Positions 38,093-46,404 of a DNA stretch of 46,404 nt are shown here, piece after piece. Numbering within the stretch: position 1 is the first letter of the stretch; each line of letters starts with the position of its first letter. The position numbers were made by a program, and so were the translations under genes. A model generated the notes under the pieces. It was not told where the DNA came from, did no database searches, and worked only from the letters and a program-made list of their open reading frames with translations. This DNA is from a virus (Duplodnaviria > Caudoviricetes): positions 1 through 46,404 of the IMG/VR virus record IMGVR_UViG_3300020045_007306. One strand, written 5' to 3'.

Positions 38093-39148
38093 ATGTTTAT
38101 ACTTACATCAATAGTTTCTGAATTAAAGCCTTTTGCGAATGAACACGCAAGTAGGTTAATTGATCCGAAAGAACTTGCAAGCCGCACGGGGTTTGATAGT
38201 GTTAAACGTACACACGGGAGCGGCAAGGGAAAAGTTCAAGGAATTTCAATTCCTGCGACTATTGATGTGATTTGGTATGTATATAAAAATGGTGATGTGA
38301 TTGCTCAAACATTGCGTTTTCCTATTACTGACTGGACGAGTTCAGAGGCTTTGAAATGGCTCAAGGACAATAAAATAAAATACCTTTCTTTTGAAAAAGC
38401 AACAAACGGAAAATTATTTAAATCCTTTGAGAGCGAAGTCAAAGACCTTGATGAAGCGAAAGGGATTGTGAAAATTTATGTTAATGCTTACGGCAATTTG
38501 GACGCTGATAGAGATATTTCTGAACAAGGTTGTTTTGTAAAAACTTGTCGGGAAAATTTCAAAAGGATTAAGCATTTAAAAGATCATCAAAGGGATCAAT
38601 TACTTGGATTGCCTATCGAATTTGACACCGCTGATAAATACGGTTTACTCGTAACCTCCGCAATGAATATTGATAAGCCAATGGTTAAAGACGTTTACAG
38701 CGACTATAAATTTTTTGCAGAACATAAAAGGACGCTTGAACATTCAATTGGTTATTCAGTTGTTAAATTTTCAATTGAAAATCCAGAGGACTGGAGTAAA
38801 AGAATTCGCAGAATACAGGAATACAAACTTTATGAATATTCCACATTGTCATTTCTCGGAGCGAATGCAAATACTCGCCTTGTAGATATTAAAAGCGAAA
38901 ACGTTTCTTCATTAAAAGATGAAATGAATTTACTTGATGAAATGTTACACAAGGGCGAATATACAGACGAGAAATTTATCATTATTGAAAACAAAATTTC
39001 GGAAATTAAAAATAGAATTGAAAAAATGAAAACACTCACAAATGAAGAGCCGTCCGAAGACACTCCGCAAATTGTTGAGCCGAATTCACTATTTGAAAAG
39101 AATACGAAAAAAACAATTAACTATAAATTATTAACTTCAAAACTTTAA
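38093..39148 (+). CDS. HK97-type prohead protease with extra N-terminal domain
   Basis: GNLDADRDI, HLKDH, EHSIGY and LYEYSTL..GAN; N-terminal PFANEHASRL domain. Confidence 0.9.
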   Translation: MFILTSIVSELKPFANEHASRLIDPKELASRTGFDSVKRTHGSGKGKVQGISIPATIDVIWYVYKNGDVIAQTLRFPITDWTSSEALKWLKDNKIKYLSFEKATNGKLFKSFESEVKDLDEAKGIVKIYVNAYGNLDADRDISEQGCFVKTCRENFKRIKHLKDHQRDQLLGLPIEFDTADKYGLLVTSAMNIDKPMVKDVYSDYKFFAEHKRTLEHSIGYSVVKFSIENPEDWSKRIRRIQEYKLYEYSTLSFLGANANTRLVDIKSENVSSLKDEMNLLDEMLHKGEYTDEKFIIIENKISEIKNRIEKMKTLTNEEPSEDTPQIVEPNSLFEKNTKKTINYKLLTSKL

Positions 39149-39152
39149 AAAG

Positions 39153-40520
39153 ATGAACAAAAGACAAAAATTTATGAGAAAATTAATGATGTTTAATTTT
39201 CTTTTTGCAATGATTACGCCGTTTTTAGCGGGAACTTCATACGTTGTTGACGAGGGTGGAGCGACACCAGAAGAAGAAGTATTACTTGGAAAAGTAAAAG
39301 CAAAAGCAGCAGAAGCATTTTCAGAATTCAAAGCCCAGACGATTTCAAAAGAGGCGTTTGATTTAAAAATGACTGCAATTGAAAATGAAATAAAAACTTT
39401 AAATTTCAAAGCCAGCATTGATGATTTGACAAAAACTATCAATGAAATAAAAGCCCAGTCTAACGAACAGGGAGTTGAAATTACTAAAATAAAAAATATC
39501 GGAAACGCTCCTTGCAAAACAAAGAGTTTGATTGACGGTATTAAAGAACTTTTGAATCATAATGACATCAAAGCGTATATTGATAACGGAGCGAAAGGTC
39601 AATCAGTACAAGTAAAAACACTTGTTGACATTACTCAAGCGACTGCAATAACCGCTGGATCAACTTTGCCAACTCAATTGCTTGGCGGTATGCCAGTACA
39701 CGCCCCAGAGCGTAAAATATCAATGACTGATATTATTTCAGTAGGTAGCACCGAAACTGAAACTGTTACTTTCAATCAGGAATACGAATTTGAAGACGGT
39801 ATATCAACCTTAACAGAAAATCAGGCAACTGCAAAAAGTTCATTCAAAGTTCGTCCAGTAAGTTTAACCGCTGGCAGAATTGGAACTCATTTAATCGTTT
39901 CAAAACGTTCATTGAAAAACGAAAAGTATTTACTTTCTCATATTTCAAAACGTTTACCACAGAAAATGAAAAAAGCAGAAGACGCTCAAATACTTTTGGG
40001 AACTGGTGCTGGCTCAACCTTAGTTGGTTTATGTCAAAACGCAAGTGTATTTGCCGCTGGAGCATTCGCAGGAACTATCCCAGCCGCACAGGAAATTGAT
40101 TGTTTACTTGTTGCTATTAGCCAGTTAACTCAAGGCGAATATGAAGCAAGCGGAATAATTTTAAATCCAGTTGACGCAGCAAAAATTGAACTCATTAAAT
40201 CAACGACAAGAGATTACGTTGATAGCGGCAGGGCTGTAAGAGGTGCTGACGGAATTTTAAGAGTTGCAGGTCTTAAAGTAGTTGAAACAACTGCAATGAC
40301 CGCTGGCAAATTCTTAGTAGGCGATTTCAATATGGCTTGCGATTGGTTACTGTTTACTCCTTTAACTATGAGTATTTCTGATTCTCACGCTTCAATATTC
40401 TTGAATAACGAAGTATGTATTAACTTTGAAGAAGAACCAGTATTCCCAATTTACAACCCTCTGATGTTCGTTTACGGACAATTCAGCGTTGCAAAGGCAG
40501 CCATAACAAGCGGATCATAA
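39153..40520 (+). CDS. Major capsid protein, HK97 fold
   Basis: Coiled-coil delta domain, ENQATAKS, EDAQILLGTG, IILNPVD, FLVGDF. Confidence 0.95.
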   Translation: MNKRQKFMRKLMMFNFLFAMITPFLAGTSYVVDEGGATPEEEVLLGKVKAKAAEAFSEFKAQTISKEAFDLKMTAIENEIKTLNFKASIDDLTKTINEIKAQSNEQGVEITKIKNIGNAPCKTKSLIDGIKELLNHNDIKAYIDNGAKGQSVQVKTLVDITQATAITAGSTLPTQLLGGMPVHAPERKISMTDIISVGSTETETVTFNQEYEFEDGISTLTENQATAKSSFKVRPVSLTAGRIGTHLIVSKRSLKNEKYLLSHISKRLPQKMKKAEDAQILLGTGAGSTLVGLCQNASVFAAGAFAGTIPAAQEIDCLLVAISQLTQGEYEASGIILNPVDAAKIELIKSTTRDYVDSGRAVRGADGILRVAGLKVVETTAMTAGKFLVGDFNMACDWLLFTPLTMSISDSHASIFLNNEVCINFEEEPVFPIYNPLMFVYGQFSVAKAAITSGS

Positions 40521-40540
40521 GAATTAAATTGTTAGTTATG

Positions 40541-40571
40541 AAAAGGAGCGAAAATATTTTGCTCCTTTTTT
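40541..40571 (+). terminator. Intrinsic terminator after the capsid gene
   Basis: AAAAGGAGCGAAA-ata-TTTTGCTCCTTTTTT. Confidence 0.9.
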
Positions 40572-40593
40572 GTTTTTATTAAAATAAATTTAT

Positions 40594-40601
40594 TAATTTT
40601 G
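40594..40601 (+). promoter_or_regulatory. -7 box TAATTTTG before the modification cassette
   Basis: TAnnTTTG just after the terminator. Confidence 0.45.
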
Positions 40602-40614
40602 TTAAAAAAAATAT

Positions 40615-41157
40615 ATGGCACACCCACAGGAAAGACAATTTATGGAACTTGTAAAGTCAATGTTTCCTAAATATTTTAAAGGGATTAAAGTTTTAGATGT
40701 CGGATAGTTAAACGTTAACGGCACAAACAGATATTTGTTTGTTGATTGCGACTACACGGGAATTGACGTCGGGGAGGGGGACAATGTTGATGTGGTTTCT
40801 CTTGCACACGAATTCAAATCTGATGTGTTATTTGACACAATAATATCAAGCGAATGCTTTGAGCATGATTGCCATTTTGAAAAGTCTATTCAAAATATTA
40901 TTTCTTTATTAAAGCCCTCTGGTTTATTTGTTTGGACTGCGGGCGGTACGTATCGGGCTGCTCACGGCGGGGCGTCATGCACTCCCTTAATAGCCTCAAA
41001 TCCTAAAATGGACGACAACTATTATAAAAATGTAACAGCAAAAGATTATTCTTCGGTCATTGACTTAGAAAAAATATTCGGTCATTACAATATTAATTAT
41101 AAAGGGGAAGATGTAATTTATCACGATATTCAATTTTGGGGTATTAAAAGAAAATAA
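40615..41157 (+). pseudogene. Class I SAM methyltransferase with in-frame TAG at codon 31
   Basis: MAHPQERQF...KVLDVG*LNVNGTNRYLF...YTGIDVGEGDNVD...FDTIISSECFEH; stop 40705-07 lies in SAM motif I. Confidence 0.8.
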
Positions 41158-41158
41158 A

Positions 41159-41686
41159 ATGGACTTAGAAAAATTATTTATAGAATGTACGCAAAAAGGA
41201 ATTCAGCAAAAAAAGAATGAGTTTATTGAATTTCTTAAATTGTGTCAAGGGAAAAAATACAAGTCTATTCTTGAAATAGGGGCTTATTCTAATGGCTGCA
41301 CTCATGCCTATAACAAACTATTTGAACAGGTTGTTAGTTTGGATTTAATTCACAGGGGAGAAAAAATAAATAATGTTAAATATATTACTGGGGATTCTCA
41401 CAGCGAAATTATAATTAAGGAAGTTGTAAGTGCTGGAAAATTTGACGTTATATTTATTGACGGGGATCATACATTTGAGGGAGTGAGCCTTGATTATAAT
41501 TGTTATAAACATTTATTAAATAAAGGCGGTGCGATAGCGTTTCACGATATTTGGGAAAGCGTTGATTGTATTTCTCAAAATTGCCACGTTTATAAATTAT
41601 GGAACGAATTAAAAAATAAATTTAATTATATTGAATTTGGCTCGGAGAATAAAACTTGGGCTGGAATAGGAGTTATATTTCCATGA
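41159..41686 (+). CDS. Class I SAM methyltransferase (Methyltransf_24-like)
   Basis: ILEIGAYSNG; FDVIFIDGDHTFEGV; GGAIAFHD. Confidence 0.9.
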   Translation: MDLEKLFIECTQKGIQQKKNEFIEFLKLCQGKKYKSILEIGAYSNGCTHAYNKLFEQVVSLDLIHRGEKINNVKYITGDSHSEIIIKEVVSAGKFDVIFIDGDHTFEGVSLDYNCYKHLLNKGGAIAFHDIWESVDCISQNCHVYKLWNELKNKFNYIEFGSENKTWAGIGVIFP

Positions 41687-42345
41687 AAATAGGAGTATTA
41701 ACGCCCACTTTGGGCGGCGTACGAAAACCATTTCTTGAACATAGTAAATATTTGCTTTCAAAACAAACATTGCAGCCAGATATTTGTTTATTGATTGATG
41801 ATAAGCAGACGCAATTTCCAAATGATATAAATGTAAGGTATAGAATAGGCTGCGAAAGATTATTTAATTGTTATGATTGTGATGTCGTTTTTTTTATTGA
41901 AGACGACGACTATTATTATCCGTGTTATATTGAGAAAATGTTTAATAGGTGGATTGAGAGCGGAAGCCCGTCAATGCTTGGAATCAGCAATACATTATAT
42001 TATCAATTGCGTTTACAAAAATATTCAAATTACTTGCATGATAACCGTTCTTCAATGATGTCAATGTTAGTAACGAGGGAAATATTAAATATAGAATTTC
42101 CAAACGTGAAATTTTTGGATCATTTTCTTTGGACTGAATACAAAGGAACAAAAAAATCAGTTAAATTTGACGAATTTATTTGTATTGGAATAAAGCACGG
42201 GATCGGGAATGTAGGAGGGGACGGTCATTCGGTAACAGAAAATTTACAAATGTGGCGAAATCAAGATTTTAATTTTGAATATTTTCAAAGCCTTTTAATT
42301 AATGATAAAAAATCTTTAGAATTTTATAAAAAAATAATTCAATGA
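41683..42345 (+). CDS. GT-A fold glycosyltransferase
   Basis: IGVLTPT...QTLQPD; FFIEDDDYY. Confidence 0.8.
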   Translation: MKIGVLTPTLGGVRKPFLEHSKYLLSKQTLQPDICLLIDDKQTQFPNDINVRYRIGCERLFNCYDCDVVFFIEDDDYYYPCYIEKMFNRWIESGSPSMLGISNTLYYQLRLQKYSNYLHDNRSSMMSMLVTREILNIEFPNVKFLDHFLWTEYKGTKKSVKFDEFICIGIKHGIGNVGGDGHSVTENLQMWRNQDFNFEYFQSLLINDKKSLEFYKKIIQ

Positions 42346-45122
42346 TATATTATTTTACTCCATATTCAACTGAAAGAAATTTAGGCAAAGCATATAATAA
42401 TTATATGCGATTACTTCCGTCCAATGAAGATTGGGCTTGTCTATTGGACGCTGATACAATGTTTTTATGTAATGATTTTGGAAATCAAATAAACGATATT
42501 GTAAATAAATATCCTGATACAGGAATGTTTACTTGCGTAACAAATCGGGCTGGGTATGAAGATCAGAGATATAATGGAGTGTTTTCGTACGAATCTGATA
42601 TTTGCAAGCATAAAGAAATAGCAATTGAATGCAAGAAAAAATATTACTGTGATTTAAAGGAAATTAATTCTCACATAAACGGTCATTTGATTTTAATAAA
42701 AAAAAGTACATGGCTAAAGGTAGGAGGATTTTCTGAAAACACAATACGGGACGAAAACGCAGACAGCAATTTGCTTGGACTTGACGATAATATTTCAAGA
42801 AAAATATTGAAAGAAAATTTAAAGATAATGTTAATGAAAGGCGTTTATTTGTTTCATTATTATAGATTAGTTGAGGGCGTGCATTATCGAGAACATTTGC
42901 TTGTTAATAATAAAATAAAATTAGGGGTATCATATAATCTATGTACTGGCTCGGAATTATTGAGAGATAGTATATTGTCAATTCGCAAAAATGTTGATTA
43001 TATAACCGTTATATATAACGAAATAAGCGTAAATAATATACATACAAATATTGATTTAAAAGAATTTTTGCAAAAATTAAAAGATGAAAAATTAATTGAT
43101 GATTTTAAATTATTTGTTCATACAAAAGAAATTGCAGAAAAAGAAATTCATAATAAACATAAAGAAATTTCCCAGCGAAATGAGGGTTTGCAAATGTGCA
43201 TAGAAAATCAATGTACTTATTTTATGTCAATGGATTGCGATGAATTTTACTTAGATGATGAATTTAGAAAAGCAAAAGAGGAAATAATAAATAATAATTT
43301 TGAATCTTCGTTTTGTAAAATGGTTTCTTATTATAAAGACGAAAGCCATATAATTGATCCTCCAGAGGAATATTTTGTTCCATTTATTTATAAAATAATT
43401 GAGAATAATAAATTTCACATACAGGAATTCCCTGTTTTATGTGATCCCTCAAGGCAATACAATAAAGGCAAATATAAGATATTCGACCGAAAAGAAATAC
43501 AAATGCACCACTTTACCTATGTTCGTAAAAACATAGGCGATAAATTATTTAACGCACCTACAAAAGAGAAATATTTAGGTCATTATGTCGAGTTAGAAAA
43601 ATATTATAATGATTGGAAAAAGGGAATGGACGGTTTGACGTATAACGGAATAGTTAAACTCAAAGAAATAAAACCTTATTTTAAATTGCATATTTCAGAA
43701 AATGATAAAATTTATGTAGGAATGGCGACTATACCAGAGCGAGAAGATTTATTAAAAGAAGTTGTTAGCAGCATAATAGATCAATGCGACGAGTTGCATA
43801 TTTATTTTAATAATTATAAATCAATACCAGAACAATTTAAAAATAATGATAAAATATTTTGTTATGACAGCGAAAAAGAATCTGGGGACATAGGGGACAC
43901 GGGCAAATTTTACGGGCTGCAAAATAAAGACGGGTATTTATTTACAATTGATGATGATTTAATTTATCCTAAAAATTATATTTCAACAATGATTGAGGGT
44001 ATAAAAAAATATAATACTCCAGTAACAATGCACGGACGAATAATGAATGAGCCACCAATAGAATCATATTATAAAGGCGGGGCGAAAGAGAACTTTAATT
44101 ATGATATTGAAGTTGAAGAGGATCAGTCAGTACATATTTGCGGGACTGGTTGCTTTGGCTGGCACTCTGATATTATTAAATTCGACATAAAGGATTTTGA
44201 AAATAAAAATATGAGCGATATTTACGCCAGTATTAAAATACATAAACACGGCTTATATCTTTACGTTCTTGCTCACAAAGATTGCTATATTATTGAGAAT
44301 AATAAAGTAAATCAAATTATAAATATTCGTAATTATTATAATTTAAAAGATGAAATTCAAGCGAAATTAATAAATGATAATTATAAATATTTTAAGATAA
44401 TTGTAAAAGATACCAAAAAAAATATTATATTTGCCCAGCCTAAAATAGAAATTAACGAAATAAAACATAAATCAATTATTAAAAAAGAAACTGGAGGATC
44501 AATTATGACAATTATTAAATCGGTAGTAGTAAAAGAAACAGACAACGGACAGTATTTTGAAAAACTTGGCGAAATATTGCACCTTGAAGAAAGCACATTT
44601 AACGTTCTTAAAGCGAAAGGGCTTGTTGTTATGTATGACGAAGATTTAAAAAAAGAACTAATTAAAGACGCTGAAAACACGGTCATTGAAGCCGCTCTTG
44701 TTAATGTTGAAACCAGCAAACAGGAATATAAAAATACCGAAACGGAAACGCAAGAGGAAAAGGCAGCAAGAGAAGAAAAAGAAAAAGAATTATTATTCAC
44801 AGATCGGAATTTATTAATTGCAGAATATAAAGATTTTTATAATTCAGAAACAGAGGGCGTATTTGAATTAAAAAAAGATACAAGCGAAGATGATTTCCAA
44901 AAATTAATGCAATGCCTCAAGGCTGCGAAAGCAAAATTTGACAAAGAATTGAAATTACTTGAAAAGGAAAAAGCCGCTGCAATTGCTAAAGAAAAAGAAG
45001 AAAAAGAAAAAGCGGAAAAGGAAAAGCAAAATGAAAATAAAGAGCCAGAAAAAAATGTAATCAAAGCCCCAGCAAAGACAACAAAAAAGAAAGCAGCAAA
45101 AAAAACAACTAAAAAGAAATAA
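42342..45122 (+). CDS. Triple GT-A glycosyltransferase fused to a charged C-terminal domain
   Basis: DxD motifs LLDAD, SMDCDEFY and TIDDDLIYP in three successive domains; last about 205 aa E/K-rich with a basic tail. Confidence 0.8.
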   Translation: MIYYFTPYSTERNLGKAYNNYMRLLPSNEDWACLLDADTMFLCNDFGNQINDIVNKYPDTGMFTCVTNRAGYEDQRYNGVFSYESDICKHKEIAIECKKKYYCDLKEINSHINGHLILIKKSTWLKVGGFSENTIRDENADSNLLGLDDNISRKILKENLKIMLMKGVYLFHYYRLVEGVHYREHLLVNNKIKLGVSYNLCTGSELLRDSILSIRKNVDYITVIYNEISVNNIHTNIDLKEFLQKLKDEKLIDDFKLFVHTKEIAEKEIHNKHKEISQRNEGLQMCIENQCTYFMSMDCDEFYLDDEFRKAKEEIINNNFESSFCKMVSYYKDESHIIDPPEEYFVPFIYKIIENNKFHIQEFPVLCDPSRQYNKGKYKIFDRKEIQMHHFTYVRKNIGDKLFNAPTKEKYLGHYVELEKYYNDWKKGMDGLTYNGIVKLKEIKPYFKLHISENDKIYVGMATIPEREDLLKEVVSSIIDQCDELHIYFNNYKSIPEQFKNNDKIFCYDSEKESGDIGDTGKFYGLQNKDGYLFTIDDDLIYPKNYISTMIEGIKKYNTPVTMHGRIMNEPPIESYYKGGAKENFNYDIEVEEDQSVHICGTGCFGWHSDIIKFDIKDFENKNMSDIYASIKIHKHGLYLYVLAHKDCYIIENNKVNQIINIRNYYNLKDEIQAKLINDNYKYFKIIVKDTKKNIIFAQPKIEINEIKHKSIIKKETGGSIMTIIKSVVVKETDNGQYFEKLGEILHLEESTFNVLKAKGLVVMYDEDLKKELIKDAENTVIEAALVNVETSKQEYKNTETETQEEKAAREEKEKELLFTDRNLLIAEYKDFYNSETEGVFELKKDTSEDDFQKLMQCLKAAKAKFDKELKLLEKEKAAAIAKEKEEKEKAEKEKQNENKEPEKNVIKAPAKTTKKKAAKKTTKKK

Positions 45123-45124
45123 AA

Positions 45125-45760
45125 ATGAGTTTTATTTTAACCTCTGATCTCATAGGGATTGTAAATGTTTCCGAATCAAGGTTTGCGAAAACAGATTACG
45201 AAAGTATTATTTCCACAGTTGAGGAAAAAATACTCAATGACTTGTTAGGCAATGATCTTTACGTTAAATTAATGGCGACGCCAGCAACCGCTCCTTATGC
45301 TGATTTGGTTAATGGTGCTGTCTATACTGTTACAAATAAAGATAATGTAACGGTTAACGTCAATTATCTGGGAATAAAGCCAATGTTGAAATATTTTATT
45401 CATTACGAAATATTAAAACATCAGCAAAGCCAGAATTCAGAAGTCGGGGAAGTCGAGCCATTACAAAATAATTCTCAAAGAGTAACGAAAAGCAATTTGA
45501 GTAAATTAATATCTGATTCGTATAATAACGGAATAAGATTATACGGACAAAATATTGAGGACGGGAATAATGGCAATTCATTTATTTGCGGGCGTCGTCA
45601 TTTGGAAAGATACAAGCATATAAATTTTGATTATTACGCCGAAGTTATAAAGCCAAATTGTTTCAATTATTTGTATTGGTGCAAAGTAAATCATTCGGAT
45701 CATTTTCCAACGTGGCAATTCACAGACAAAGCATTAATGTTTAACAATGGGTATTTATAA
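45125..45760 (+). CDS. Putative head-tail adaptor
   Basis: LLGNDLY..L and LGIKPMLKYF motifs; position. Confidence 0.6.
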   Translation: MSFILTSDLIGIVNVSESRFAKTDYESIISTVEEKILNDLLGNDLYVKLMATPATAPYADLVNGAVYTVTNKDNVTVNVNYLGIKPMLKYFIHYEILKHQQSQNSEVGEVEPLQNNSQRVTKSNLSKLISDSYNNGIRLYGQNIEDGNNGNSFICGRRHLERYKHINFDYYAEVIKPNCFNYLYWCKVNHSDHFPTWQFTDKALMFNNGYL

Positions 45761-45763
45761 AAT

Positions 45764-45871
45764 ATGAAAGCAAGTAATTTGGAAAACTTTCACAGATTCG
45801 TTCATTGGTTGAAAGAAAGTTATAATTCAAGAGTTTGGAAAACAGGCAAACGCCCACCAAAGCAAAAATAA
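45764..45871 (+). CDS. 35-aa basic peptide
   Basis: MKASNLENFHRFVHWLKESYNSRVWKTGKRPPKQK fills the gap. Confidence 0.45.
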   Translation: MKASNLENFHRFVHWLKESYNSRVWKTGKRPPKQK

Positions 45872-45872
45872 A

Positions 45873-46404
45873 ATGGCAAGTACAAACGTTGTTGATCTCA
45901 TTGGTACGATAATAGAAACGTTAAGGGAAACGTATTCTATTAGTTCTATTACACACACGGGGACAACCTACACAATAAACACGGCGAAAACATATTCGTT
46001 GCAAGTTGGCGACTATGTAAAAATATCTGGCAACAATTATAAAATAGTTACATTAACAACAAACTCAAAGTTTACAGTTGTTTCAAGTTCAACTATTATT
46101 GGGACTACGTGGACGGCTCTTGCTCCATACTATTTTTATGGTACTCCTCAAATGATTGCGAATACAATTGATAAAATAAAAGATTATCAAAATAAATATC
46201 CAGTAATTGTTTTATTTGAAACAATTACATCAGACGTTGACGACGATCCAGAATCTACGATTGAAAGAATAGTTTCGCTTGAAATGTATTTTATGACAGA
46301 GGGGAATTATAGGGATTGGAGTTCAGATGAATTTTATACATACGTTTTAAACGCTCAACAAATAACTGTTGATAATTTTATGGAGGCATTGCAAGAAAGC
46401 AAAA
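45873..46404 (+). CDS. Putative neck/tail-completion protein (3' truncated)
   Basis: Open from ATG 45873 to the window end; YFYGTP...KYPVIVL motif; structural context. Confidence 0.6.
   Translation, partial: MASTNVVDLIGTIIETLRETYSISSITHTGTTYTINTAKTYSLQVGDYVKISGNNYKIVTLTTNSKFTVVSSSTIIGTTWTALAPYYFYGTPQMIANTIDKIKDYQNKYPVIVLFETITSDVDDDPESTIERIVSLEMYFMTEGNYRDWSSDEFYTYVLNAQQITVDNFMEALQESK

Noticed and set aside
145-45581. Minus-strand and alternate-frame ORFs in the track
   Set aside because: They are shadows of longer + strand genes or of their repeats, with no independent motifs.
1-46404. Genome-wide TAG recoding
   Set aside because: Long genes are intact under code 11, only one internal TAG was found, and no suppressor tRNA was seen.

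Overview
Most of a circularly permuted, roughly 30% GC tailed-phage genome (siphovirus-like, HK97-type head), with essentially all genes on the + strand. TTTG-N20-TAnnTTTG promoters and signal peptides ending in SQ point to a Bacteroidota host. Gene order: tape-measure C-terminus and tail tip, signal-peptide-bearing fibre/adhesin genes, lysis, a 375-bp control region, early and recombination genes (Sak/Rad52-like, RecE-like, SSB, HNH, RusA), replication initiator, accessory genes (three radical SAM enzymes, a PAPS-reductase-like protein, ParB-like), TerS/TerL, portal, protease, major capsid, a methyltransferase/glycosyltransferase cassette, and head-tail genes. I saw no integrase, CI-type repressor, tRNA, RT or CRISPR. 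Main observations: (1) integron attC-like hairpins at 28.35-29.52 kb, one with a whole PAPS-reductase-like gene nested in its loop, and no integrase; (2) a glycosylation/methylation cassette inside the head module, including a triple-GT protein; (3) Sec-type leaders on fibre-like proteins and possibly the capsid protein; (4) a uORF plus mutually crossing RNA stems before the initiator; (5) a shared 18-bp operator and a tandem-RHH regulator; (6) several single-base lesions. All protein calls come from motif recognition by eye; no searches were run.
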